Source: Chthonomonadaceae bacterium (GTDB lineage: Bacteria; Armatimonadota; Chthonomonadetes; Chthonomonadales; Chthonomonadaceae). Taken from it: DNA of 20,000 nucleotides. Position numbers and translations under genes: made by a program. The first letter of the stretch is position 1; the number at the start of each line of letters is the position of its first letter. The notes beneath the pieces are model-generated. The model did not search any database, was not told where the DNA came from, and worked only from the letters and a program-made list of their open reading frames with translations. Location: positions 56,266 to 76,265 of the forward strand of contig DASRGZ010000143.1 in the NCBI GenBank assembly GCA_035650735.1, written 5' to 3'. Positions 1-9,100 of the stretch are shown here, piece by piece.

Positions 1-9
1 AGAAACCAT
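1..9 (-). CDS. Possible start (Met-Val-Ser) of a gene running off the left edge
   Basis: Minus-strand ATG at 9-7 preceded by purine-rich AAGGAGAGAAAGAGG (SD-like). Only 3 codons visible. Confidence 0.25.
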
Positions 10-300
10 CCTCTTTCTCTCCTTCACTATCCGCAAAATTACAGGGCGCGCTTCCGGGGGTCGCAACGAAACGATAGCCCTGCAGGAAACCCACCCGCGC
101 ACGTTGTCCGGTAGATATTTGACACGCCTTGCGGGCGTCTTTGCTCTAGGATTAAATACGAGAAGCGCAGGTTGGCGTGTTTCCACAAACAGCAGAAACT
201 ACCGGAAATTGTTGAGAAATCTTAACTAAATCCAAAGCGGGGCCTGAGGGGGACGAGAGAGGGCGCGTTTTCTCCGTAAAGACAAACCAAACGAAAAACC

Positions 301-465
301 AAAACCTCCAACAGGATAACAGGATTTTACAGGATTAAACAGGATTTCTCAAACCTACCCAACCGAGTACCTGTTCCTCTGGACTTCAAGCTGATTGGAG
401 GGCTTCTGTCTTTTGTCTTCATCCTGTAAATCCTGAGTAATCCTGTTCATCCGGTTGGAGGTTTT
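301..465. repeat. ~165-bp foldback (REP/MITE-like) element built from ACAGGAT units
   Basis: Left arm 301-345 has four ACAGGAT units; right arm 421-465 has the inverted ATCCTG-type units. Outer 12 bp AAAACCTCCAAC / GTTGGAGGTTTT are a perfect inverted pair. Abuts the FKBP stop codon. Confidence 0.85.
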
Positions 466-1070
466 TATTTGATGGCGCGCAGATCGACGACGAAGATGAG
501 GGTGGAGTTGGGTGGGATGGTGCCATCCGGCGTGCCGGACGCTCCATAACCCAGGTCAGGGGGGACAGTGAGCTTGCGCTTGCCTCCGACGCGCATCCCG
601 GCGACGCCCTCATCCCAGCCTTTGATGACCTGGCCCGCCCCCAGAGGGAACTCAAACGGCCCGCCGTGTTTGCTGGAGGCGTCGAACTCCGTGCCATCCG
701 CCAGCGTGCCCACGTAATCTACAGCCACCGTCTGGCCGGGCTTGGCTTCAGGCCCCGTCCCCACCACAATATCCTCGTACTTCAGCCCGTCGGGCAGGGT
801 GACCACCTTGCCGGCGGCGGCCTTGGCCGTCGGTTTGGTCCCGGCTTTGGGCGCTGCCGGCGCTTTCGCCGGTTTCGACGCTGTAGCGGTCTCCGGCGCT
901 TTGGGAGTTGACGGCACCTTCGCCTCCGCCGGCGGAGACGTTTCCGCCGTTCTGGGCGTCTCCGTAGCCTGGGGGGGTGCTGCCGGCCTCTCTACCTCGG
1001 TGGTTTGTTTGCAGGCAAAGCTGCCGGCCATCAATGCCGCGCCTAGTAGCGCAATGTAAAGTCTTCGCAT
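465..1070 (-). CDS. FKBP-type peptidyl-prolyl cis-trans isomerase, predicted lipoprotein (201 aa)
   Basis: FKBP motifs VDYVGTLADGTEFDAS, LGAGQVIKGWDEG, PPDLGYG, IPPNSTLIFVVDL. N-terminus MRRLYIALLGAALMAGSFA-C is a lipoprotein-type signal followed by an Ala/Pro/Thr linker. Start placed at ATG 1070 by an upstream GGAGA. Confidence 0.95.
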   Translation of the reverse strand: MRRLYIALLGAALMAGSFACKQTTEVERPAAPPQATETPRTAETSPPAEAKVPSTPKAPETATASKPAKAPAAPKAGTKPTAKAAAGKVVTLPDGLKYEDIVVGTGPEAKPGQTVAVDYVGTLADGTEFDASSKHGGPFEFPLGAGQVIKGWDEGVAGMRVGGKRKLTVPPDLGYGASGTPDGTIPPNSTLIFVVDLRAIK

Positions 1071-1245
1071 GGGGGTTACATCTCCTGCAAGGGCACGTCT
1101 CTGGGACGCCCGGTGTAATGGCAATCACAGGCTTGTTCGTGCCGGAGGAAGCGTTTTCCTGCCTTGAGGAGATCCGGCGCTCAATGGCGAATAGACCCCT
1201 GCATTGGCGTTTTCAGGAATCCCGCAACGCGGGAAAGAGAGGAAG

Positions 1246-3273
1246 ATGGCAGGCAGGACCAACCAGCGCAAGACGGAGATAGCCACCGATACGCCCGAAG
1301 CAGGCGCAGCCGTGACTCCCCGACCGCACCCTGCGCCGCTCTCCTGGCGCTCTGTGTTCATCGGACTGGCGGGGGCCGTGTTTATCAGCGCGCTGCAGGT
1401 AGCGCAGAAGGTCACCCCACGCCGCGCGCTCTTCCCCTTCCACAGCGTCTACACGCTCTTTCCCGGCGTCATCTGCCTGCTGTTTGCGCTGGCCCTGCTC
1501 AATCTGGCGCTGCGACGCTGGCGTCCACGCGCCGCCTTAAGCCCCGCCGAGTTCGCCGTCGTCTACGCCATTGCGACCGTCGCCGCCGCCATCGCCGCCC
1601 AGGATGAGCTTCAGTTTCTGCTGCCGATGTGGGTCTACCCCTTCCGCGCCTCGCAGAAGGAGGCCATGGAAGCGTTTCGGCAGTATATTCCTACCTGGCT
1701 GGTGCCGCAAGACCCGCAAATCGTCGAGCCCTACTATATGGGCGGCGTCAACTTCTGGCAGCCGCGCCTGATCCTGGCCTGGCTGGTTCCGCTGGGGTCC
1801 TGGCTCATCTGGCTTCTGGCGCTGGGGGCGACGATGTGGGCCTGGAACGTGATCCTGCGCCGTCGCTGGATGGACCATGACCGCCTGGAGTTTCCCTGCA
1901 TCCAACTGCCCTTACAGATGTGCAAGGAAGCCGGCTTTGGCGGCATGGTTTCAGGCCGGCTGTTCTGGGGTGGCTTTCTGATCGCGGCGACCCTGGAGTC
2001 GCTGGCCCAGATCCATGATCGCTTCCCCGCCGTTCCGGCCATGCCCCTCGACTTCAACGCGACTCCGTTCCTGGAGGCCGCGCCGCCGCCCTGGAACGCG
2101 CTGGCGCCCATGTATCTGCTCTGGAGCACGCTGCATCTGGGCGTCTGCTACTTCATCCCGCTGGATATTCTCTTTAGCGCCTGGTTCTTCTACCTGGTGC
2201 GCAAGGGGCTGGAGGTCTTTGGGCGGGCGATGGGCTGGCGCGACCTGGGCTGGGACGCCTCAGGATTCCCCTTCACGCGGGCGCAGGCGGCGGGTGCCTG
2301 GATCGCGCTGTTCTTCCTGCTGGTCTGGGCCGAACGGCATCATCTCAAGCGCGTGCTGATGCTGGCCTTCGGGCTGGGCCGCGCTCGCGCGCGCGCAATG
2401 CTGGATGGCTCGCTCAACGATGCAGGCGAGCCGGGTTCCTACCGCTGGGCCGGGCGTATTCTGGTTGCCGGGACGCTGTTTATGGTCTTCTGGAGCGTGG
2501 CGGCGGGCATGTCGTTCTGGCTGGCCATCGCCTTCTACGGCTTTTTCTGGGCGCTCAACGTGACCATGACGCGCATCTATGCGCAGGTCGGCCCGCCCAT
2601 TCTGGAGCTCTACTTCCTCGACCCGCAGAAGACCCTGACGACCCTCTTCGGCACGATGGGCCAATCGCCCGCCTCGCTGACGCACCTCTCGCTGCTCTAC
2701 TGGATCAACCGGGACGACCGGGGGCAGCCGATGGCCCACCAGCTCTCCGCCTTCCGCGTCGCCAAAGCCGCCAACGTCGATCTGCGCGGCATCGGCAGGC
2801 TCGTCCTGGTGGCGTTTATGGTCGGCTGCGTGACGTGCCTGCTGGCCTATCTCTCCTGGGCCTATCGCGTCGGGGAGGATCAGTTTATGGAGGGCGGCTG
2901 GCGGGAATCGGCGGCGCCGGTGGCCGTGTCGCGCATTCGGGATTGGGTGAACACTCCCAAAGGCCCCCGCTGGACAGAGATCGCCTATATGGCGGTTGGC
3001 GGCGGCGTGACACTGGCCCTGGCCAAGCTCAACTACACGCTGATAGGCTTCCCGTTCCACCCCATCGGCTTTGCGCTGGCGATGTGCTTTGCGGTGGAGT
3101 ACAACTGGCCTGCGTTTCTGGGAATGTGGCTGCTGAAGCTGCTCTTGCTGCGCTATGGGGGCCGCAAGCTCTACCTACGTTATGCGCCGATCTTCCTGGG
3201 CCTGATCCTGGGAGGTCTGGTGGTGCCGATGGGCTGGGGCTTTGTCGCCTGGCTATTCGAATGGTACAAGTGA
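1246..3273 (+). CDS. Polytopic membrane protein, DUF6785/DUF6784-like (putative OPT-related transporter)
   Basis: Many hydrophobic segments; motifs LRRRWMDHDRLEFP and C-terminal FPFHPIGF...WLLKLLLLRYGG...PIFLGLILG that I recognise from this family. ATG at 1246 follows GAGAGGAAG. Confidence 0.8.
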   Translation: MAGRTNQRKTEIATDTPEAGAAVTPRPHPAPLSWRSVFIGLAGAVFISALQVAQKVTPRRALFPFHSVYTLFPGVICLLFALALLNLALRRWRPRAALSPAEFAVVYAIATVAAAIAAQDELQFLLPMWVYPFRASQKEAMEAFRQYIPTWLVPQDPQIVEPYYMGGVNFWQPRLILAWLVPLGSWLIWLLALGATMWAWNVILRRRWMDHDRLEFPCIQLPLQMCKEAGFGGMVSGRLFWGGFLIAATLESLAQIHDRFPAVPAMPLDFNATPFLEAAPPPWNALAPMYLLWSTLHLGVCYFIPLDILFSAWFFYLVRKGLEVFGRAMGWRDLGWDASGFPFTRAQAAGAWIALFFLLVWAERHHLKRVLMLAFGLGRARARAMLDGSLNDAGEPGSYRWAGRILVAGTLFMVFWSVAAGMSFWLAIAFYGFFWALNVTMTRIYAQVGPPILELYFLDPQKTLTTLFGTMGQSPASLTHLSLLYWINRDDRGQPMAHQLSAFRVAKAANVDLRGIGRLVLVAFMVGCVTCLLAYLSWAYRVGEDQFMEGGWRESAAPVAVSRIRDWVNTPKGPRWTEIAYMAVGGGVTLALAKLNYTLIGFPFHPIGFALAMCFAVEYNWPAFLGMWLLKLLLLRYGGRKLYLRYAPIFLGLILGGLVVPMGWGFVAWLFEWYK

Positions 3274-3340
3274 GGGAGCCTCCTGCGCCCGCTTCCGCGC
3301 CATCCAGCAGACAAACGGCGATCATAACAGGACGTTTCCC

Positions 3341-3369
3341 TTGACAGGCGAACGCGGCAGTGATACAAT
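3341..3369 (+). promoter_or_regulatory. Sigma70-type promoter of tRNA-Thr
   Basis: TTGACA (3341-3346), 17-bp spacer, TACAAT (3364-3369) with extended -10 TG; 31 bp upstream of the tRNA. Confidence 0.85.
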
Positions 3370-3400
3370 AGGGGAGTTCAGAACGGCAGAAATAGCTTGC

Positions 3401-3472
3401 GCCTCTGTAGCTCAGTGGTAGAGCAACCGCCTTGTAAGCGGTAGGTCGTCGGTTCGAAGCCGACCGGAGGCT
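3401..3472 (+). tRNA. trnT: tRNA-Thr (TGT), CCA not encoded
   Basis: Acceptor stem GCCTCTG/CGGAGGC, D arm GCTCAGTGGTAGAGC, anticodon arm ACCGC-CTTGTAA-GCGGT, T arm GTCGG-TTCGAAG-CCGAC. Confidence 0.97.
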
Positions 3473-3477
3473 TTTTG

Positions 3478-3547
3478 ACCCCTTCTGAGGGGTACGACTC
3501 CATAGCTTGTACCCACTTGTCCGCCGTTAGAATCGGGGTTTGTACCC
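3478..3547. repeat. Cluster of (GT)ACCC(CT) motifs next to the tRNA, candidate integrase arm-type sites
   Basis: ACCCCT-TCTG-AGGGGT hairpin (3478-3493), AGGGGTACG (3488-3496), TTGTACCC at 3507-3514 and 3540-3547. Confidence 0.4.
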
Positions 3548-3568
3548 CTCACATCCCCATTTTTTATC

Positions 3569-3614
3569 ACTACGCGGCCCGGCACAAAAGCGGAAGGCTG
3601 CGTAGTTATTTTTT
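3569..3614 (+). terminator. Possible intrinsic terminator downstream of the tRNA
   Basis: ACTACGCGGCC / GGCTGCGTAGT stem (one G-U) followed by TATTTTTT; the 16-nt loop is unusually long. Confidence 0.4.
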
Positions 3615-3805
3615 GTGTGTATTGCGCTACGGTCTTGGCTATCAAACGCTTATATGGGCAGGTGGGAACGCAAAGCATCGCGAATCAGAGTCTCAGAAAG
3701 CACCCGACACATAGGCTGGCAACACACAAGGACAAAATGCTGATAACTCCCATAGTGATCCAAATTGGCGTCGTCCAGTCTGTTGAAGGCGTTGCTCCTG
3801 CGATT

Positions 3806-4114
3806 TTAACCTCCAGTATTATGATAAGCAAGATAATCCAGCAGCAGCAGCCAAAACCATCCCCACAGGCCCAGGCCGATCCTGAAGTAACGCCACATGG
3901 AACCGGGTTCATCCCAAATCCATCGTATCGGCACACTGCTGCTGAGTAAAGGCGCTGGCGATGCAGCCTGCATCTGCAAGGTTGACTGGATAGTTGGCTG
4001 CGGAGGAGAAGGTTGCTGCGAAGGCGGGCGCTGATCGGCCCCACAGTGCCTACAAAAGACATCAGATAGATCAAGGGGCTGCTTACACTTGATGCAGTAG
4101 ACCGGATTGACCAT
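3806..4114 (-). CDS. Zinc-ribbon membrane protein (possibly frameshifted, true end may be 3685)
   Basis: MVNPVYCIKC...FCRHCGADQ double CxxC ribbon, Pro/Gln linker, hydrophobic segment; AGGAGA upstream of ATG 4114. Confidence 0.7.
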   Translation of the reverse strand: MVNPVYCIKCKQPLDLSDVFCRHCGADQRPPSQQPSPPQPTIQSTLQMQAASPAPLLSSSVPIRWIWDEPGSMWRYFRIGLGLWGWFWLLLLDYLAYHNTGG

Positions 4115-4349
4115 TGCTGCTTGTTCTCCTGGGGTTGTATGGTCGGTCTTACTACTGTGATGGGTCGCATTCTCTCTTTCGATACAGGCCAGCAATTCTC
4201 CTGCTGTTGATGGATTTCCACTGCTTACTCGGTTGGATCACGGAGGATGACGCTGGCAACCTTCAAGGGATCAAAAGCATCGCGCCTATCCTCCAGTCTG
4301 GCACTCTCATAGCGAATACGGTAGTAGTAATGAGCATTGTTGGGTTTCT

Positions 4350-4583
4350 CTAAGCCACCAACGATAGCGCAGGCCCAGTGTTGATAGCCTGGGTTGAGAT
4401 CACTACGATATGTTCGTCTAGGGCGGCTTTAAGTGTTTCAATGAAAACGGCCACCGCTTGGTCACGCCGTCTGCGAATGGCAACAGGTGTAGGCGCGTTA
4501 GCGCGCGCCGCTAAGTAATCAGCCTGTGCTGCCTTCACTTCGTCAAGCGCCCCCTGAAGGCGGGCCTCCATCTCTGTGTCCAT
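4350..4583 (-). CDS. Small helical hypothetical protein (77 aa)
   Basis: MDTEMEARLQGALDEVKAAQ..., AAGGGAGA SD upstream of ATG 4583; protein-like amphipathic composition. Confidence 0.6.
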   Translation of the reverse strand: MDTEMEARLQGALDEVKAAQADYLAARANAPTPVAIRRRRDQAVAVFIETLKAALDEHIVVISTQAINTGPALSLVA

Positions 4584-4794
4584 GTTCTCTCTCCCTTTAG
4601 CACCGTACCGCTCAAACGCATCGCAATGGCTCACCCGACCGAGGGGAGCAGCCAAGAAAGGACGAACGAGGTAGCAGTCCTTGTTAATGTGAACATTGTA
4701 GCGAGCGAAGAGAAAGTTGTCAATGGACTAATTACCGCACGGCGCATCCTCTCCAACACGCTCTTGCCCGTTCGTGAACACCAACCAAACCCAG

Positions 4795-4902
4795 GTCACC
4801 ACTGCGTTTCCCTCCGCCAGAGCCTTCGCTGGATCCTCCTCCCGCAGCGCCTCCAGGATAGCGCCTCGTCACCACTGCGTTTCCCTCCGCCAGAGCCTTC
4901 GC
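4795..4902. repeat. Perfect 35-bp direct repeat x2 with 38-bp spacer
   Basis: GTCACCACTGCGTTTCCCTCCGCCAGAGCCTTCGC at 4795-4829 and 4868-4902; both copies are followed by (T/A)GGAT. Confidence 0.95.
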
Positions 4903-4913
4903 AGGATTGACGC

Positions 4914-4955
4914 GGTTCTGGAGAGAACCCGGTTGGGCGGAGAAACCCAACCGGG
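4914..4955. other. GC-rich hairpins next to the direct repeat
   Basis: CCCGGTTGGG (4928-4937) / CCCAACCGGG (4946-4955) perfect 10-bp stem; overlapping alternative stem GGTTCT-GGAG-AGAACC (4914-4929). No T-tract. Confidence 0.6.
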
Positions 4956-5041
4956 CCTTACTGCTGCCTGCCGGAGAGGGAGGAGAGAGGCCCTTAGCGG
5001 CAGGGCGGAGGACAGGGGAACGCGCCGACTACAGGGGCCGC

Positions 5042-5425
5042 TTACTTCTTGACCGACCAGGCTCTCTCTACGCGCTCCAGATACGCCTCAATCTCCTCCT
5101 CGGCCCGCGCTGCCCGCGCATCCCGGTCACGCTCCCGACGCATATACTCCCGCATGTGCTCCACACACGCACTGATCTTGACCTGGATGCTGTTTTCCAC
5201 ATCCTCCCGCAGACGCGCTGCCTCCGCTTCCAACCAGATGGCTTTTTTGTAAAGGGAGAGACGCACGGCCTGCTCTCCGAGGGCCACACAGGCATCACAG
5301 ATATAGCCGATCCAGTCAGCATCGCGCTCATAGGCAGCGGCCACATGCCCTAACTCAAACAGATGCCCACAGACATAGCAGCGGTGGTCATCAAAGACAT
5401 TGCTGGCGAGCAAACGGATGTCCAT
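5042..5425 (-). CDS. Hypothetical zinc-binding, coiled-coil protein (127 aa)
   Basis: CYVC and CDAC motifs followed by a charged helical tail; strong AAAGGAG SD upstream of ATG 5425. Confidence 0.7.
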   Translation of the reverse strand: MDIRLLASNVFDDHRCYVCGHLFELGHVAAAYERDADWIGYICDACVALGEQAVRLSLYKKAIWLEAEAARLREDVENSIQVKISACVEHMREYMRRERDRDARAARAEEEIEAYLERVERAWSVKK

Positions 5426-5552
5426 CTTGGTGCTCCTTTCCCGCGCGCAAAGAGCGCGGCTCACAAAAGGGGATACGCCTCTGGGAGAACGTGGGCACGC
5501 AACAGAGGCGCAGTGCCCGCGCTCACCCATCGGCAGGAGCATTAGGGAGGGC

Positions 5553-5593
5553 AGAAACAACAAAGCCACCAGGCGCATTAGCGTCCGGTGGCT
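5553..5593 (-). terminator. Intrinsic terminator / attenuator
   Basis: Minus strand AGCCACCGGACGC-TAAT-GCGCCTGGTGGCT (13-bp imperfect stem) followed by TTGTTGTTTC. Confidence 0.6.
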
Positions 5594-5745
5594 CAACAAG
5601 GGAGATGGGAGGGAGTACAGTCTCAGGATAGGGAGACCTTGTTTCGGAAGGCGAGACTTCCGCGCATTGAGGCTTATGCCTCAAGCACCGCTGGCATCTC
5701 CTGGCCCGGTTGCTGGATGCTCTGCTGAGCATCGCTCCTAATGCA
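5553..5745 (-). ncRNA. Putative ~190-nt structured leader / small RNA
   Basis: Bounded by the 5752-5780 promoter and the terminator; contains hairpins GATGCTC-AGCA-GAGCATC, TTGAGGC-ATAA-GCCTCAA, GGAAG..CTTCC and GTCTC..GAGAC. Confidence 0.45.
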
Positions 5746-5751
5746 TCTCCT

Positions 5752-5780
5752 AGTATAGCGCATAAGTGGTCTTTTGTCAA
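5752..5780 (-). promoter_or_regulatory. Strong sigma70-type leftward promoter
   Basis: Minus strand TTGACA (5780-5775), 17-bp spacer, TATACT (5757-5752), with A-rich sequence upstream. Confidence 0.8.
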
Positions 5781-6119
5781 CCGATTTCCTTTTTTTATTT
5801 TGTCGTCTTCCCTATCCATCTGGTTTCGAGTATTTGACTTAAGGAGATGGTGGATGCCTCAGCCGGAGACACTGACGGTGAAATTCCGGTGTCTTTTCCG
5901 CAGGATTCTCCGTCCGGCTGTTGAATAGAGAGGCGATCTGTTGCGGCGCTCCGTGTGCGGCCTCATGGCAGCACTTTGTCCCCTTCCTGGCAAACAGAGA
6001 TAGGATGCTCTGCCTGGGTTTCCGCTTGCACTCGCCTGCCCGGAGTCTGCCCGTCAGAAAGGAATTGCTGGGGCCACTCGCGCCATTTTTCCCTCACGAT
6101 ACAGGTGACGACCACAGCC

Positions 6120-9100
6120 ATGCCGGATAATATTTTGCTCTCTCTCGTGGGCCAACGGGTGCCGCTGCCAGGACATTTCGATGTTCCCGTCCTCCTGGAG
6201 CATGTCCGTCCCCTGGCAACGGGCTTTGAGTGCCGCGTCCGCCTGCCCGATGGCAGGTTAGAAGAAGCCGTTCTCTCCTCCTCGGAAGCCCAGGCATTGG
6301 CAGGCAGGAGCGCCGTACCCACGCAAAGCGCGTGCCCTGCCCAGGCTGAGCAGCTGCGCTTGTTGATTGAGTCGGCCCGTATCCGGCTGGCCTATGCCCA
6401 CGACCCCCAGTTTGCCGTCTCCCTCTCCGGCATCCGCACGCTGCCCCACCAGATTGAGGCGGTCTACCAGAAGATGCTGCCCCAGCCGCGCCTGCGCTTC
6501 CTCCTGGCCGACGATCCCGGCGCAGGCAAGACCATTATGACGGGGCTGCTCATCAAGGAGATGAAACTGCGGGAGGCCATCGAGCGCGTCCTGATCCTCT
6601 GCCCGGCCCCCCTGACGATCCAGTGGCAGGATGAGATGCTACGCTGGTTCGACGAGCCGTTCGACATCCTCTTTGCGGCGGTGGATCAGCAGCAACTCAC
6701 CGACCCCTGGCAACGGTGTTCCCAGGTGATCGCCTCCCTGGACTACGCCAAGCAGGAGGAGGTGCGGGAGCGGGTCTGGCAGCAACGGTGGGACTTGGTG
6801 GTCATTGACGAGGCGCATAAATGCTCTGCCTACACCAAGTCCCAATCAGGTCGGAACCCGGAAGCCGAAGAGACGAAACGCTATCAACTGGCAAAGAAAC
6901 TCACGGCGCTGGCCGATCATGTGGTGCTGCTGACGGCCACGCCGCATCATGGCGATGAAGACCGCTTCGCCCATTTCGTCCGGCTCATTGACCCTGACCT
7001 GTTCCCGGAACCCCACCGGCTCGGCCATCAGGCCCAAGAGATTCGGAAGTCCGTCTTTCGGCTGGGCGCGGAGTGCCCCTGGGCGCTGCGCCGAATGAAG
7101 GAAGACCTGCGTGACCTCAACGGGCGCCGCCTCTTCCCCGACCGGCACGCCCTGACCGTTGCCTTCACCTTAAACCGTGCCGAATACGCGCTCTACAAGG
7201 CGGTAACGGCCTACATTAACGAGTTTATCCCCCAGCAGACCGGGCAGCGGAGAAGCAGCGCGGCGCTGGCCCGTACCGTGTTGCAGCGCCGCCTCGCCAG
7301 TTCGACCGCCGCCATCCATGAATCGCTCAAGCGCCGTCTGGAGAAGCAGCGGAACCTGCTGGAAGAACTGGAAAGCCTGACGCCCACCCAACGGGCCAGG
7401 CGGTTGGCGCGGACACAGGGACGCCTGCCAGACGCGGAGCAGGAAGAGGACGACCTGGACGAGGCCGCGCGTGATGTCGTGGTGGACGAGTACACAGCGG
7501 CACAGGAACTCGACCAGATGCGCCGGGAGGTCGCGGTCTTGAAGGAGTTGGCGGAGCAGGCCCGCCAGGTACGGGAGCAGGCCAGCGACTCCAAACTGGC
7601 TGCGCTCAAGAAGTGCCTGTCCCACTCGCAGTTCGCTGACCTAAAGGACGGGCGCGGGAAGCTGCTCCTGTTTACCGAGCACAAGGACACGCTGGATGCC
7701 GTGCGGGAGGTGCTGCACCGCTGGGGCTACTCTACCTGCGCCATTCACGGCGGCATGAATCCCCACGAGCGCAAGCAGGCGCAGGAGGAGTTCCGCACGT
7801 CCGCGCAGATGTGTGTAGCGACCGAGGCCGCCGGGGAGGGCATCAACCTTCAGTTCTGCCACCTGATGATCAACTACGACCTGCCCTGGAACCCGACCCG
7901 ACTGGAGCAGCGGCTGGGGCGCATCCACCGGATCGGACAGGAGCGGGATGTCTACGCCTTCAACTTTGTCGCCACCGAATCGGAGGAGGGGCAGCCGGTC
8001 ATCGAGGGGGCAATCCTCTCCCGGCTGCTCTGGAAACTCGATCAGATGCGGGACGCGCTCGGCGACCGCGTGTTTGATGTCGTGGGGGAAGTCCTCTCCC
8101 GGAACGACGTGAACCTGCCGGAGATGCTGCGGGAGGTCGCCCACGACCCGCGTCGCCTGGATGAGTACATGGAACAGATTGACCGCATAGACCCGGAGCG
8201 GCTGCGGCAGTACGAGGAGGCGACGGGCATCGCGCTGGCCCGTGCGACGGTGGACTTCAGCGGTTTTCAGGCCCGGAATCTGGAGGTCGAGGAGCGCCGT
8301 CTGATGCCCCGCTATGTGGAGGCGCAGTTCCTCGCCGCCGCAAGGGAGGTCGGCCTGAAGGTTGAGACCCGCGCGGACGGCCTGCTCCGTATCGAGCATG
8401 TGCTGGCCGACCTGCGCTCGGAGCGGTTGGCGTCCGTCCGTAAACTGGGCAAACCCGCCGTCAGTTATCGGAAGGCGACGTTTCAGAAAGAGACTCTGGA
8501 GCAGGATGCCCATATGGACGCGGTGCTGCTCGGCCCCGGCCATCCGCTCTATGGCGCTGTAGACGAGCGCCTGAACGAGAAGCTGGCGCCGCTCGTGGGC
8601 GGTATCGCCCTCTATCTTGACCCGTTGGCCGCCGGGCCATATCGCCTGCATTTCTTTGAAATCGCCATCCGGGGCAAAAACACGAAGGGCGAGGACGTGC
8701 CTCTCTATGGCGAACTGGTGGCCGTCCGCGAGGAGACGCGGCAAGACGGCACAGCGGCGTTTGAGGTCGTGCCCTCCGACGTGCTCATGAACCTGCCCCC
8801 GCTTCCGAACCCGCCCGACAGCGTGCCCATTGTAGACGTACAGCCCGCGTCCGACTACCTTAAGAGCACCTACCAGATCGAGTGTCGTGTCCGCTGCCAG
8901 CAGGAGCGCGAGCACTTCGCGAGCGTCTGTCGGAAGTATCTGCTCGAATCTTTTGGCGCCCGCATCCGCAAGACGCAGGATCGGGTGATGCAACTGATGG
9001 CGCGGGAGCGGGAGTCGGCGGACATGGCCCTGGCCCGGCAGCGGGCCGAGCAAGACCTGGCCGACCTGGAGCGCACGCGCCAGGAGCGCCTGTCCGGGCT

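Noticed and set aside
40..150. Hairpins upstream of the left-edge gene resembling a c-di-GMP-I riboswitch
   Set aside because: GCAAA and a GNRA-capped stem are present on the minus strand, but I could not find the second stem or conserved junction; needs an Infernal scan.
4843..4857. 15-bp inverted match of the spacer to the methylase gene (11198-11212)
   Set aside because: Both encode LEALR with common GC-rich codons and the match does not extend; probably chance.
4795..4902. CRISPR array call
   Set aside because: Only two repeats, no palindrome or typical 3' terminus, no cas genes; kept as a plain repeat.
5854..5928. 24-codon ORF MPQPETLTVK... with AAGGAG upstream
   Set aside because: Too short to support and no recognisable motif.
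5955..6119. N-terminal extension of the helicase in the ORF track
   Set aside because: Unnatural composition and no SD; ATG 6120 has an SD-like site and begins protein-like sequence.
7641..9053. Long antisense ORFs (470 aa here; also 2260-3060, 12943-13881, 13673-14527, 18871-19845)
   Set aside because: Shadows of real genes in GC-rich DNA, with no SD or family motifs.
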